From contig OX597814.1 in NCBI GenBank assembly GCA_951406725.2, positions 197,222,001-197,286,000 on the forward strand: DNA of 64,000 nt. The letters run 5' to 3'. Below are positions 13,220 to 26,300 of this stretch, one piece after another (the first letter of the stretch is position 1; every line of letters begins with the position of its first letter). The notes under the pieces were generated by a model. That model did no database searches. It saw only the letters and a list, made by a program, of their open reading frames with translations, and was not told the origin of the DNA. Position numbers and translations under genes: made by a program. The DNA is from Octopus vulgaris. Lineage: Eukaryota.

Positions 13220-13430
13220 AGGTGGCAAATTAACAGAATCTTTAGTGAGTTGGAGAAATTTCTAGGCGACATGTTTCCCGGTTCTGAACTTTCTAAGTTT
13301 AAAAATCTGATTGGTTAACTTTATGTTACCTCCTTTTGAAGTCGATATAATATTGTACCAATCAAGTAGTAGCGTCGATGTAATCGAATAATGCTGTCCC
13401 CCATATTTCAGGACTTGTTGAGCATATTTC
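13220..13430 (+). mobile_element. Highly diverged family C SINE
   Basis: aaaggtggc..., gtcgatataa...gtcgatgtaatcga motifs. Confidence 0.55.
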
Positions 13431-14554
13431 AACCTTTCTTTTTCTATTCAAAACGGGATTTTGAATATGATATTATATATAGCTTTATGTATGCTATTAT
13501 TTATAGCGTTATGTATGCTTCGAGATCTACTGTTCCAAAAATGAATTATTTTAAGCTTTGTGTCTGTATCAGAAATAACTTAATACCGACATTTTCGACC
13601 TAAAGCTACCGAATCATTTCTCTGTTGATTTATACTATGAGTAATCTGAAGAGATAAAATCTGAGTTGTCATTAACTTGAGACTTTATGCTTGTTAGTAA
13701 CAATTTATAAATTAAACACTAAGTGTATTTCCGGAGCCGCCCACGCCATTCACTGGAGCCAGAAGTTGTTTCCACAATGACGATGGCGATAGCAGCTACT
13801 GCGCTAAGTTTTTCCTTCTCCATTTTTATATTTCTCTGACAACAACAACTATTATTGTTACATTGGTATCTCTAGGCTTACAAATAAATTCTGTATATTC
13901 CGAGTCACGTTTAATTAATGTTCATTTACTCTATTTTCCCATGAGTTCATAATAATTATGGATTTTAGCCTTTCTATATGTTCTGAAAAATCTGAAAATT
14001 ATCACTTGCTTTCAATTTGTGCTGATGCATTCTATTCTTATCTGGCGAGGGGTGGAAATTTCAACAAATGAATGCTTTAACATGATCATACTGACATTCT
14101 TAAATAAGTGGGAAGCTACGATTGTATATGGCATTCATGTGGTAATAATATTTCGAATCAAGATTGTCTTTTGAATAATTCCCCCAAAAGAAAACAAGCG
14201 TAATATCTGCTGTGGAGAAAGGAACCTATCACGTATCCATTACAAATGAAGGAAGCTAACGCAATCAAGCAGAATCTATCTCGATTAAGCTCTCATGACA
14301 AGAATAATTAACGAGATGAACCCATGCTGATTTATCTGCTTTATTTTAGAAATAGGTTATTAGACCAGTTTCTGAAGGTTTTAGTATAGATGCATCAGTC
14401 GTCGAGTTGATAAGATCTTGTATTCATCTAACATGTCAGTGACTATATCGTAAATTTTGTAGAGTACCAAAGGTAGCCAGGTCTATCAACGCCGTTCTAC
14501 AAAACATTTCGAACAGCTCTAAACTCTTTCTAAGTAATGAAGAAAGTTTTAAAT

Positions 14555-15175
14555 TAGTTTTAAATTTCGAGGGATGAGGTAAGTCGATTACATCGACCCC
14601 AGTGCTCAGCTAGTACTTATTTTATCGAATGCGAAAGAACGAAAGGCAAGGTCCACGCCGGCGGGATTTGAGGGGTTGTTTTCCGGATTCATAGAACGTA
14701 GTACTTGGTAGGTTATAATTGCATGGACCCCCTCAAGGATGAAAGATGTTAATGCTATTTGAACTCAGAATGTACGAATCGGAACGAATGTTCTAAAGCT
14801 CTAGCAATTTTGCCAATCCACCGCTCTAATTTGTTTCTAATACAAAGCATATGGCTAGGATATGGTGGCGGTGTAGTGGTTTGTTGATTACATTGACACC
14901 ATTATAGGACTGCTATTACATTTGTTCGATACTGTAAGAGGGAAAAGCAAAGAAGTATTCAGTGTGATAGAGACGGAAAATGCAAAGAGCCAGAACAACA
15001 AAAGGGAAAAATATAGCTATAAATCTAACAGATGACGATTGACAGAAAGTTTAATAAGGGTCGATTAAATAAGGACCAGTTATGCACTGGGGTCGATATA
15101 ATCGACTTAATTCGTTTGTCTGTCCTTGTTTTTCCCTGTGCGTGTAGCTCCTTGTGGGAAGTAAAGAAATAAGTA
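14555..15175. mobile_element. Several family C SINE fragments; 15055-15175 is a plus-strand 3' half
   Basis: gtcgattacatcgaccccag and ggggtcgatataatcgacttaat motifs. Confidence 0.7.
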
Positions 15176-15179
15176 AGCT

Positions 15180-15500
15180 TGAAGGTCGAAAGAAGAAAAC
15201 AAGACGATAGTAGTGAGTTCCAGAGATAGACAACTGCAGTTCGTGGAAAGGACGTATTTGGTGTAAAAGGACTAATGAATAACAGATGCATCAACAGAGA
15301 AACGTGATAAATCTGTGAAGAGAATCGGGTCACATGTTTAAAGGTTTTGAGTGAGAGGTGTGGACCATAGCAGTTAATGAGAGCAATGACCATGGAAATA
15401 TTTACATACAAAAGACACAACGAAGATATATTCCGACGATGAGTTAAATACACCAAATCTAGTACACATCATAGAATTAGCTCTTGTTATCTTTCTGGTG
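15180..15500 (-). mobile_element. CR1/L2-like LINE ORF2 C-terminal fossil
   Basis: Translation LTHRRNISSLCLLY...SFPRT...LWNSL resembles the CR1/L2-group ORF2 end; same family as 57960-58440 (KTFKHVT). Confidence 0.65.
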
Positions 15501-16094
15501 TGCATACATTCAATTACTGATCTAATTTAATCGACTATACCTTCCCGTGAAATGTATGGTTTTGCACCAAATATAGATATCAATAATTTTTTGGCACCAA
15601 TGTTAGAAATCAATATTCTTATTTATAAAACTTTTTATTTTAAGCAAAACCGTATTTCGCTCTCAACACATTAAAGTGAAGAAAAAAAAGCAGTGATGCA
15701 TATGCAGGGGCATAGTTTTATAATAAATGTAACATGGATTTTGAGTTTAAAATGGTATAGAATTAGTTGTGTAGAATGCGTGTGAATCTAAGATAAAAGT
15801 AACTAAGAATATGTTTTAGAATATATCGGTGAATTTAAAATTGATTGATCATCAAACAGTTCTAGAAATGTGTGAACATGGTTATTTAAAATTTTCTTTT
15901 ATTCTCGACATAAGAAGAAAATCGATCTCTATTTACGAGATGTGTTCTTATCTGTTTGCTGCCAAACAAAATAGAGTAATGCCGGGGAAAGAATTTTGAA
16001 AAAAAAATTAGAAGCATTTTTCCATTTTACTTAAACACTGGAAAAATATATATAACATTAATTTTTAAAAGTGATTATATTCATAATAGTATCA

Positions 16095-16110
16095 TTATTA
16101 TTATCAGTAA

Positions 16111-16158
<48 letters not shown>

Positions 16159-16453
16159 CAGCAGCAGTGTTGGTGGTGGCGGTAAACCTGAAGGGACAGA
16201 TCACTTATGATCTGTGCACCATGCAAATCTTGAGTTCTTTATCATCAAGTTAGCATACGTTTTTAGCACCCCGGACAAAATGCTTTGCGTCATTTTGTGT
16301 GGGGTTTTTTTATGTTCTGATTTCGAATTCCGCCGCGGTAGACTTCACCTTTCATCCTTTCACGTCAATAAAATAATTGCCAGTTAAACATTACGATCAA
16401 TATAATAGACTTACCAGCCCTGAAATTGCTAGCCTCGTGCCAAAATTATTTTT

Positions 16454-16488
<35 letters not shown>

Positions 16489-16509
16489 TATTATTATTAT
16501 TATTATTAT

Positions 16510-16548
<39 letters not shown>

Positions 16549-16550
16549 GT
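16095..16550. repeat. (GTA)n, (AAT)n/(TTA)n and (TAG)n microsatellites around a diverged family C SINE (16240-16450)
   Basis: Direct inspection. Confidence 0.85.
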
Positions 16551-16947
16551 GGTGGTATTGAATTAGAGAGCAATCTATGCCACGAAACTGACACTGGGTT
16601 ACAAATATACGAAGCCCAATACACCCATCACGGCTACCCATTTGATGCTACATCTTTATTAAACATTATGATGTGTCTAGGATCGAGGACTACATTATCA
16701 TTCCTTTTCCTACTTTTGTAAGGTTCTTTGTTTGAAATGAGGTAGATCTTACTCTTACATCTAGCATCTTTCAATTCATTTCATGTAATGCTTAAGGCCA
16801 CATTACGATAGAATTAGACTTATATATCTACTAAGATACTGACACAAAATAATCTCCAAATCTTTAGAAAAAATCTTAATAAAATAATTGCTATATATAC
16901 AAAATTATTATCTATGTCTTGCACCAAGCCAAATTGTACCCCGAATA

Positions 16948-17364
16948 TACTCTTTTACTCATTTACGTGTTTCAGTCATTTGACTGCGGCCATGCTGGAG
17001 CATCCCCTTTAGTTGAGAAAATCGACCCCAGGACTTATTTTTGTAAGCCTAGTACTTATTCTATCGGTCTCTTTTGCCGAACCGCGAGGTGACGGGGACG
17101 TAAACTCACCAGCATCGGTTGTCAAGCGATGTTGGGGCTCCAAATACAGACACATAAACATACACACACATACATACATATATCTTATGTAGGATAAAAC
17201 TTTTTTCGAAAAAGTTTTATCAATGGCCAGCATATTAAAAAATACCTTTAAAGGTTAAATTTATTAAAAAAATTATAGATAAGGGCAAACGAAAAAATTC
17301 CTAATTGTCCAGTTTTCGGCATATTTGGCATTAGGAATTTCTTCGTTTGCCCTCATTTATAAGT

Positions 17365-17418
<54 letters not shown>

Positions 17419-17588
17419 CATACGACGGTTTTCTTTCAGTTTCCGTCTACCAAATCCACTCACAAGGCTTTGGTCGGCCCGAGGCTATAGTAGAAGACAC
17501 TTGCCCAAGGTGACACGCAGTGGGACTGAACCCGGAACCATGTGGTTTGCAAGCAAGCTACTTATCACATACCAACTCCTGCACCCAT
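16948..17588 (-). mobile_element. SINE family A with a nested insertion (17185-17365) in its microsatellite
   Basis: Both halves match the family A consensus. Confidence 0.9.
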
Positions 17589-18404
17589 GTACAAATTTAC
17601 AATTAAAGTGAAAGTGAAACTTTCAGTCAATCTTGTATTTCTTGAAAATTATTTTGCTTAGAAATGAAAAAGCTTCTAGAGATGCAATGGAGTCTATACG
17701 GTGTATTTGTTCTGTGATATGCAGCTTATATTTCAATAGTAGTTATTTCAACAGTTACATGAATAATAGTGAGTGTGAGTACTAGGCTTATTGTAAACGA
17801 CATAGATATATTATCAAAGGATAATAATGTTACTGTTGATGTTTAAATAGGTCTGTCTATATTGGTGAATAAAAATTTCAGTCTAACTTCTCGTAAACTC
17901 ATCAATCGATATAACACACTGCTTGTCATTCATTAACTCCCTTTCCCTCTATTTCTTTCCATCTTACAACATACACACACATATATGTATATAATATATA
18001 TATATATACATATATATATATAATATATATATAAATATATATATATTTGTGTGTGTTTGTGTGTATACATATATACATATGTGCATATATGCACATAAAT
18101 ATACATATGCACAAATATACACATATATGCATATATATAGATATTTGCATATAAATATACACATACACACAAGCATATATATATATATATATATATACAG
18201 AGAGAGAGAGAGAAAGATGCTCGCTATAGCATTCTTCAGTAAAGAAATATGCACTGAATAATCGATTCAACAGTCAATGTAAATTCAAAATTCTTTTCAG
18301 AAGTCACTTCGACGGAAGCATTCGCCATTGATAATGCGCGCTTGTGTGTGTTTGTGTGTGCGTGTGTGTATGTGTGTGTATGAGAGAGAGTGTGTGTGTG
18401 TCTG

Positions 18405-18530
18405 TCTTTCGGTTTGGTATTTTGTTTGCAAGGTTCTTGATGTGAACTCGTGTCCTGAAAAACATTTTGCTGAATATCAGGAGAGTTATTATGCAAGTAT
18501 TTTTCACATACACTGGTAGTCTTCTACTTG
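18405..18530. repeat. Repeat family E fragment (related pieces at 20865-20995, 22780-22870, 27068-27200)
   Basis: Shared gtttgcaag.ttctt.atgtga..tcgtgt.ttgaaa motif, usually beside TA/TG microsatellites. Confidence 0.65.
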
Positions 18531-18803
18531 TAATATCATTGCCCGATTCAATAATAGTTGACTAGTCTTGTGAATGCGAGTTCGTTAACCTTCACGACAT
18601 CATACATGCACACACAAACACAAACACCCATGAAAGCACATACACACACACAGCTACTATTGCAATTGATATATATATCTGTGTGTGTATGTGAGTGTAT
18701 GAGTGTGAGTATATGTAGATATTTACAAATATCCAACCACATCGTTATTTACAGATATTTACAGATAACCAACCACATGGTTCTTTACAGATATTTAAAG
18801 ATA

Positions 18804-18933
18804 ACCAACCACATGGTTCTGGGTTCAGTCCCACTGCGTGGCACCTAGGGCAAGTGTCTTCTACTATAGCCTCGGATCGACCAAAGCCTTGTGGGTGAAT
18901 TTGGTAGACGGAAACTGAAAGAAGCCTTTCGTA

Positions 18934-18978
<45 letters not shown>

Positions 18979-19190
18979 ATATGTTTGTGTGTCTGTGTTT
19001 ACCCCCCCCCGCATCGCGTTTAAACCGATGCTGGTGTGTTTACGTCCCCGTAACTTGGCGGTTTGGCAAAAGAGACCGATAGAATAAGTACTAGGCTTAC
19101 AAAGTATAAGTCCTGGGGTCGATTTCTTCGACTAAAGGTGGTGCTCCAGCATGGCCACAGTCAAATGACTGAAACAAGTAAGAGAGTAAA
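18804..19190 (+). mobile_element. SINE family A, 5'-truncated
   Basis: Matches consensus from accaaccacatggttc to the gtaagagagtaaaa tail. Confidence 0.9.
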
Positions 19191-20099
19191 AAATAATATA
19201 TGTAGATATGTGTACATATATAAAGGAAAGACGCGTGAGAGGGGGTGATATATGTTTGTAACAATCAGAAATTTGCTTAATATTGGTACTTACACCAGGA
19301 GTATATATGCATTATTAATTACACAATATGTATGTAGTTGTTATATGCGTTGGGGATCGATGCAAGAGTCTATAAATTCCATGTATTTCAATGTGAGAAA
19401 ATAAATAACACGTTTGTGTAGAAATGAAAAATACTGCTCCGATAAAATTGGGAGTTGAATAAAATTTTGTAATTTTGTTAATGTACCATTCTTTATTGGT
19501 GTGACATGAAATGCAAAACAAGGCAAGAATATTAGAGTAGTTAATTTAACCATTAAATTGCTAGATCGAAATACTTTCGGTTTCACACTTTTTCTGATTA
19601 GTTAATCGAAATCTGAACGTGCATATAGATTAATGATTACTCACACCCTATTACATATATGTGTATGTTTTAATAGTTGCCTTCGTTTTGATCTTCACAT
19701 ATACGAAAATACATATATACACGTATGTGAAAGTATATGCGAGTCAGCAAGCACGCCTGCATAACTATATTGTGTCTATATGTGTATATATATATATACA
19801 GTGTTAGAACGTATATAGTAACATTACATATATGCGGTACTAATGTATGTTAGTGAATGTATATAAAACAGAATATTAAAGATGAAATTAAAAGAGGTAA
19901 ATGCTATGTGGCATATTTCTGAGATTTCCAGTTCAACTACGTTGTCATTTCGCTTTTAAATTTTAATGTAACTTTTATGTTGATTCTGGTGAGCTCGACA
20001 TATTTGTGCTTGAAGTTTTAAATGTGGTAAAACTTACTGAAACAAGTCTATTTGTTTGTGCATTCATTCATACATGCATACATTCATAATTACATGCAT

Positions 20100-20104
20100 G
20101 CATG

Positions 20105-20195
<91 letters not shown>

Positions 20196-20389
20196 GTATG
20201 TATATATGTGTATATATATATATACATAAATATATATACATGTATACACACACATATGTATATGCATATGTGTGTATATATGTATATATTTATGTATATA
20301 TTTGTCTATATATGCATATATACGTATATAAATACACATGTATATATAAATATATACATATATATGCACAAAACATATATGTATGTATG

Positions 20390-20440
<51 letters not shown>
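20100..20440. repeat. (TA)n compound microsatellite
   Basis: Direct inspection. Confidence 0.95.
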
Positions 20441-20444
<4 letters not shown>

Positions 20445-20699
20445 TGAATTAATTGCAGCGATGGTCTTCGTAGTAGATGAAGATGTTGTTGTAAGTAATA
20501 GCGTGTAGAATATTAAGTTAAAGATATTATGGGTGGAAAATAGTTGAAGGTCGACAAACTTTTTGATCGAAATATTCTTCACTATATTATTCATAACCTT
20601 ATCTACTTTGAGTCATTAACAATGATTTATTTCATATCTCTCGAAGCTCCTAATTTTTATGATGCTAAACTACAACTACATATATATATAGAGAGAGAG

Positions 20700-21157
20700 A
20701 GAGCAATAAGAAAATGGAGGGGATCAATAGGTGGTATTCATCAACTTTTAGACATTATATTATGTCAATTTATTTATTTGCTAAAACGAAAATTCAAGAA
20801 TATACATGTATAACATATTATGCTTTACATATATAATATATAAAGATTGTATGTTATATATTTTAATAAATGTTGTGTTACATTATGAGGCACAAAAAGA
20901 AAATGACTCTCCCCAGACACAACAGAATATGTTTCAACACACGAACTCACATAAAGAATCTTGGAAACCAAATCTAAAAACGAAATTTTATAATTACTGA
21001 TATCTTTATATATTATATAAGTAAAGCATAATATATTATATATGTATGTATATTGTTATAATTATCCTTTTAGTAAATGAATAAATAAATTGACATAATA
21101 TAATGTCTAAAAGTTGATGAATACCACCTATTGATCTCCTCATTTTCTTATTGCTCT
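20700..21157. repeat. Inverted repeat with ~150-bp arms enclosing a family E fragment
   Basis: Arms 20700-20847 / 21002-21157 with a perfect 57-bp core (20722-20778 vs 21080-21136). Confidence 0.9.
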
Positions 21158-21347
21158 ATAAATTAATGCTAAAATAACTCTCTAACCTCACCCTTTTATT
21201 ACACTCGGTAATATAATTTGCCATGCAATAAAAAACACTTGTGTATTAATAATTGGGTATTCTACCAGCAGTATATTTGATAGATATTATCCCTTAGTTG
21301 GTTGGATTCACAACCTCTAACTTTCTTGGAATTAAAATATATATGTA

Positions 21348-21572
21348 TTGGGTTGTCCGGAAAGTTCGTGCCGGTTAATAGTAGCTTAACTTTCGACTTA
21401 CCCTCTCTGGCACCTCAATTCTGGTAAGAGGGTATTTTCAAGTTAAAGGAAAGATGCAGACGCATTATGCAACAAAATGGTTCATATTTGGTTGATTGAA
21501 AATGTAATGGCAAGTATTTATTGACCTTTTTCTTTCCTTTAAAAATCGGCACCAACTTTCCGGACAGCCCAA
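21348..21572. mobile_element. Mariner-type MITE, 225 bp
   Basis: TIR ttgggttgtccggaaagttcgtgccg / cggcaccaactttccggacagcccaa (2 mismatches); TA TSDs. Confidence 0.9.
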
Positions 21573-21739
21573 TATATATATATAAACAAAGACCAGGACA
21601 GTTTTATTATATGTGCCTATATGTGAGTGCATGTGTAAAAACGTGCTGTGTGTATGTCTATATGTGAATTTGTATACCTATTGAACCCATATTTTACTTA
21701 GTAAGCACTGGAGATGCAATAACACAACACATGACACCG

Positions 21740-21975
21740 ACATCACCGAAAACACCATGTGTGACATTGCTTCCGATCCTGATGGCCTGATGCCGGTTCT
21801 TAATACTGTCGTGATTAACGAGGATATAAAACGGGATCTATGCCTGCAAATATTTGTGCCTAAACCCGTTTGTTATCCTTGCTAATCATGTAACTTTCTT
21901 CAGCACCACACCCACGTTTGCTAATCCTGTTCAGAAGTGGATCAGAGACCACACGGCACCGAGAAGACAACGCAC
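21740..21975 (+). pseudogene. Possible heavily decayed Tc1/mariner (maT/DD37D-like) transposase fragment
   Basis: Frameshifted peptides IASDPDGLMPV...EDIKRDLCLQI...YP.N.V.F...ANPVQKW and EDNAPS echo the VASDG.KMP...FQQDGAPAH...VQ.W region. Confidence 0.35.
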
Positions 21976-22483
21976 CAAGCTCTTTGTTATTGCTGAACCA
22001 TGAAATCTCGAAATCTATAGGAAAATAGACGCACTAAAAAGCACTTTCTCGCTAAAATTATCACCTCACTGGAAGCCACGCACCTAACACTTCCTTGCAA
22101 TGTTTTGACTGAGCAATGTAAATAACACCGATCTTGCACCAAGCAGCCTTTATTGTCGATCCTTAGTAAATTAAATCTGCATGAAGCATGCAAATAGCAC
22201 ATGGGCACAAATTTATTTGTTGTATACATGTAACTTGTACAGTTAGTGCACTATACATTTGTACTATTGTGTTTTATTCTTTCATAAGTATATCCCATTG
22301 GGATTAAAAGAAGCAAAATGAGATTGTGTAATACTCAGCGGATTTCCTGACGTAATTGAACAGATATGTGAGAAGTATTGTTAAAAATATGCTGACGCAG
22401 TTTGTTCGTAGTTTTCTATGAAAAGGAATTGTAAGCTAACACACACACACACATACATACACACACATATATATATATATATA

Positions 22484-22601
22484 CCGGAGTAAACACACAA
22501 TGTGGTAGAGTAATATGCTTTATTTAAAAACAGCAGAAAATTCAACAAAACCTGTTACTCTGAGTTTCACGTTCCCGTTCGTCGGACAGTTTTTGCAAAA
22601 A

Positions 22602-22602
<1 letters not shown>
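22484..22602 (-). ncRNA. Short TA-flanked element with a compact type I hammerhead (22552-22589)
   Basis: Minus strand ctgt-CCGACGA-acg-ggaa-cgt-GAAA-ctcagag-TA-acag; all three stems pair; GUA triplet; U4C core variant. Confidence 0.7.
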
Positions 22603-22664
<62 letters not shown>

Positions 22665-23219
22665 TATACATATAAATATTTGTAAGGTATATTTGTGTTT
22701 AAATATTTATAAAAATTTATCTATTTATATATTTTCTACCAATCTATTTGTGTGTGTGCTTGTATTGTTTTTTCTTTTCCTTTTGGATTTCGTTTGCATG
22801 ATTCTTGATGTGAAATCGTGTGTTGAGAGAGGTTTTGCTCTATCTCGGAAGACTCGATGCTCCTTACACGATGCAACAATATGCGAATGTTTAATATTCA
22901 ATTTTGTGTGTATGTGTGTGTGTGTTGTGCGTGCGTACATATAAAGAGGAATGAGAGAGCGCGTGGGGAGGGAGAGAGAGAGAAAGAGAGAGAGGGGGAG
23001 AGGGGAAGAAGCAAGGTAGCTTACGTCGAAAGGAATCTTGCTGATATTCTACCGACAGTTGACAAATATAAGTAAAACTGTACTTTAGAAGTCTGTTCAT
23101 TTTATGCAAGGCGAAGACAATAGTGGATGTTTAAGCAGTAATTTGGACAGTTATGGATAATCCTTAGAGAAAACTTCCTGAGCACAAATATACCATATAT
23201 AGGGGCCATGTGTTTTTTT

Positions 23220-23502
23220 GCTGGAGCACCGCCTTGCCTTTAGTCGAGCAAATTGACCCCAGACTTATTCTTTGTAAGCTTAGTACTTATTGTATCGGTC
23301 TCTCTTGCCGAACCGCTAAGTTACGGGGACGTAAACACACCAGCATCGGTTGTCAAGCGATATTGGTGGCACATAAACTCAGACGCGCAAGGCTTTGGTC
23401 GGCCCGAGACTATAGTAGAAGACACGCCCTGTCTGGGAATCGTAACCGCGATCCTACAACTGCGAGTCCGCTGCTCTAAACACTGGGCCATTGCGCCTCC
23501 AT
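23220..23502 (-). mobile_element. Chimeric SINE: family B tRNA head (23427-23502) joined to a family A body and tail
   Basis: Head tggaggcgcaatggcccagtg...gcggactcgc runs directly into gtgtcttctactatag of family A. Confidence 0.8.
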
Positions 23503-23994
23503 TTTAAAGCATAATACACAGAGCTGTAAGTTATGTTCTACAGATTTCTACTAAAAAGGAGATGTATATCAGAAAGGATACTTTATGTATATACTTCTCT
23601 GTTATGGCATGCATGAAAGCAGGATAAGCTTTAAGAAGAGAGTAAGGGAAAAGAAAGAAAAGGGTATGAAATGATAACCATATTATATAACGATGTTACA
23701 ATGAAACAAAAGGGTAACACGTAGACTCTGCTGTCTTTGATAGATCTATAACTTATGACAAAACGATCTCTCTAACATGAATTCAGCTGAGATAAAACGA
23801 TGAAAAACCCCAGTTGCTAATTTTCAAGCAATTAATGCGGAATCTCTGCAATGACTACTTCGCAGTTTTCGCACCAGCCATTTTGACACGGCAAAATATT
23901 TATGAAATAGAAATTTTAGTCGTGTTTTGTGTATTTAGCTGGTTAAAATAGCACTTGCACGATGTATATGATATATATATATATATATATATAT

Positions 23995-24089
23995 CAGAGG
24001 TGGATTCACATACAAGTGTAGCTCATTCAACTGTGGTGTCCCAGCATGGCCGCAGCCTTCGGGCTGAAACATTTTTAAGAATTTAAGGA

Positions 24090-24090
<1 letters not shown>
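23995..24090 (+). mobile_element. LINE-like 3' end sharing the tail of family A SINE and of the 5S chimera
   Basis: ggtgtcccagcatggccgcagccttcgggctgaaacatttttaagaa; between TA and CTAT repeats. Confidence 0.55.
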
Positions 24091-24173
<83 letters not shown>

Positions 24174-24876
24174 TATAGATATATATATATACATACACAC
24201 ACACATAAGCACACACACAGAGGCGCACATGATACAGTGTGAAACATAGTGTGTGTGTGCGTGTATATATGTATGGATATCGTACTCTTGATACGTTGTT
24301 CTATTGCATTAATCATTCTTTATGAATTCTCATCCATATTTCCCTTATTAGACTTTGAGGGATTCATTTCGATCAATAAGATTCCCTAAATTCATTAGTG
24401 TTTTATGACCTTCTTTCTCGCAATCCCTCACTAATCAGCTGACAAGAGAGTGGTTGGCGTGGTTGGCGGGCTTTTTCGTTGTTTTTTTTTTATTTCAGCA
24501 ACGTTTTGTAGGCATCGAAACATCATAAAGTAATTTTGCAAATGAAAGATCACCATCGCTTGATTTAGAAGCGGTTAACTGTTTTGATATGTTTTGTTTT
24601 ACTGCTTGTTACAATATGAAGCAATAAAGGCCCGTAATCATCATTCCGTTCAGAAGATGTTAGCGTGAGATCTCGACTAAGGAGAGCGATTTAAATAAAG
24701 TAAAGGGAAATTCAGAAAATATATGAAAATTCATTCACATTTTCGATTAAAACCCATCACTATTCATTAATCAATACTGGAAATAGAAGTTATTTTTTAT
24801 ATATTCAAATAAATGAGCGTCATGTCATATGTTTCATAAACGCATGATTTAACCTCGCTCTAATATTTCATACTTA

Positions 24877-24929
<53 letters not shown>

Positions 24930-26039
24930 CAAATACATGTTTATATATACACAGATAGATAGATAGATAGATATATGTAGATGTGCGTGTAAGCACATAT
25001 ATATATATATTAGTACTTATGAATGTATTAGCATGCATGTAGATGTATGTGTGTGTTTCTGTGTGTGTGCGTGCGTGTATATACTTATAGATACACACAA
25101 ACACACACACGTACGTATAATTTTATACCAACGGTTGCATGTTTATGAATAAGATTTCTTTCTTTTGTAACTGTCGCTAATTACTTTGTTCCCAAAGCCA
25201 TCTACACTTGTTAACCTTGTTAAAAACTCGGAAGATAATAAGTTATCAACTAATTTATAGAGAAAAAAAATACGGCGGTTACTTCACATTATCAATGTAA
25301 ACTAATCAGGCTTAATCATTCTGTTCTGCGTAAGATTCCATCTTTAAAAAATGCCGGACTATTATAACGATCATACAAATATATTTTCTTTAATTTTCCA
25401 GTTTCTTACGTATGTTAGTCTGAATGAAATAATTAACTGAAATTACGTTGTGGCACTTTGCTATGTATAACTTTCAGGTTTAATGAAACCTGTTGAGTAT
25501 ATACATGAATGTCATTTATTTTGTTTGCTTTCGACTATTGATAGAGAAAAAAAATCTATCTAATCTTTTCTACCAACTTTAAATCGAATTATTATTCATG
25601 ATAGGCAAGAAATGCAATCCATACCTTATTCTATGTCTTGTAATATCTCGCTGCCGCATCCTTCGATTAATATTTGTTTTGCGCTGATTACAGCACAGTT
25701 TCTTTTTATCATCAGTCAGAGGCAAAACAGTAACTTCAAACCAATATATCAAATCCGTGCCTTCAAGTACAAAATCGATTCGGAAATTTATTACATAAAA
25801 ACTAGAAAGCCAATAACAAATCCACTTTTTATCTTCTTTCAACACAAACTAACGTTCTTGCATTTCCCAACCTCGTAGCCTCAGTTTCTCTTCTTAAAAC
25901 CTTCTGACAACACTGGTCTGAATAATGTCAATTCTTAGCTCCGATGTCGTAAAACTTACTTTCCTGACGTTACAAATATAAATATTGACAGCTATAATGT
26001 ATGAGCAAGCTTCTTTCTTCGTGGTTAGACATGTACTTT

Positions 26040-26300
26040 GGTATTGATTTCTGTGTGATAAAGAAGCTCGCTTTCCAACCATGTGGTTTTGGGTTCAATC
26101 CACATGTGCATGTCATCTATTAAATAAATCCACGCCGAGAAATTGGTGGATGGTAACATTGTATGTATATATATATATGTGTGTGTGTTTGTATAAGAGG
26201 GAGAGTGTGTGTGTGATTTCGTGTCATTGCGTTTGTTTATTTCCCTGTAAATTAGCGGTTTGTCAAAAGACACCGATAGAGTCAGCACCAGACTTTAAAA
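26040..26300 (+). mobile_element. Degenerate family A SINE
   Basis: gaagctcgctttccaaccatgtgg and ttagcggtttgtcaaaagacaccgataga. Confidence 0.65.

Noticed and set aside
13640-13670. CTGAAGA hammerhead candidate; similar cases at 18234(-), 25710(-), 45726(-) and 55598(+)
   Set aside because: No correctly placed GAAA, NUH triplet or stem I
18712-18819. CRISPR-like 36-bp repeats
   Set aside because: No spacers, eukaryotic context, derived from a SINE junction
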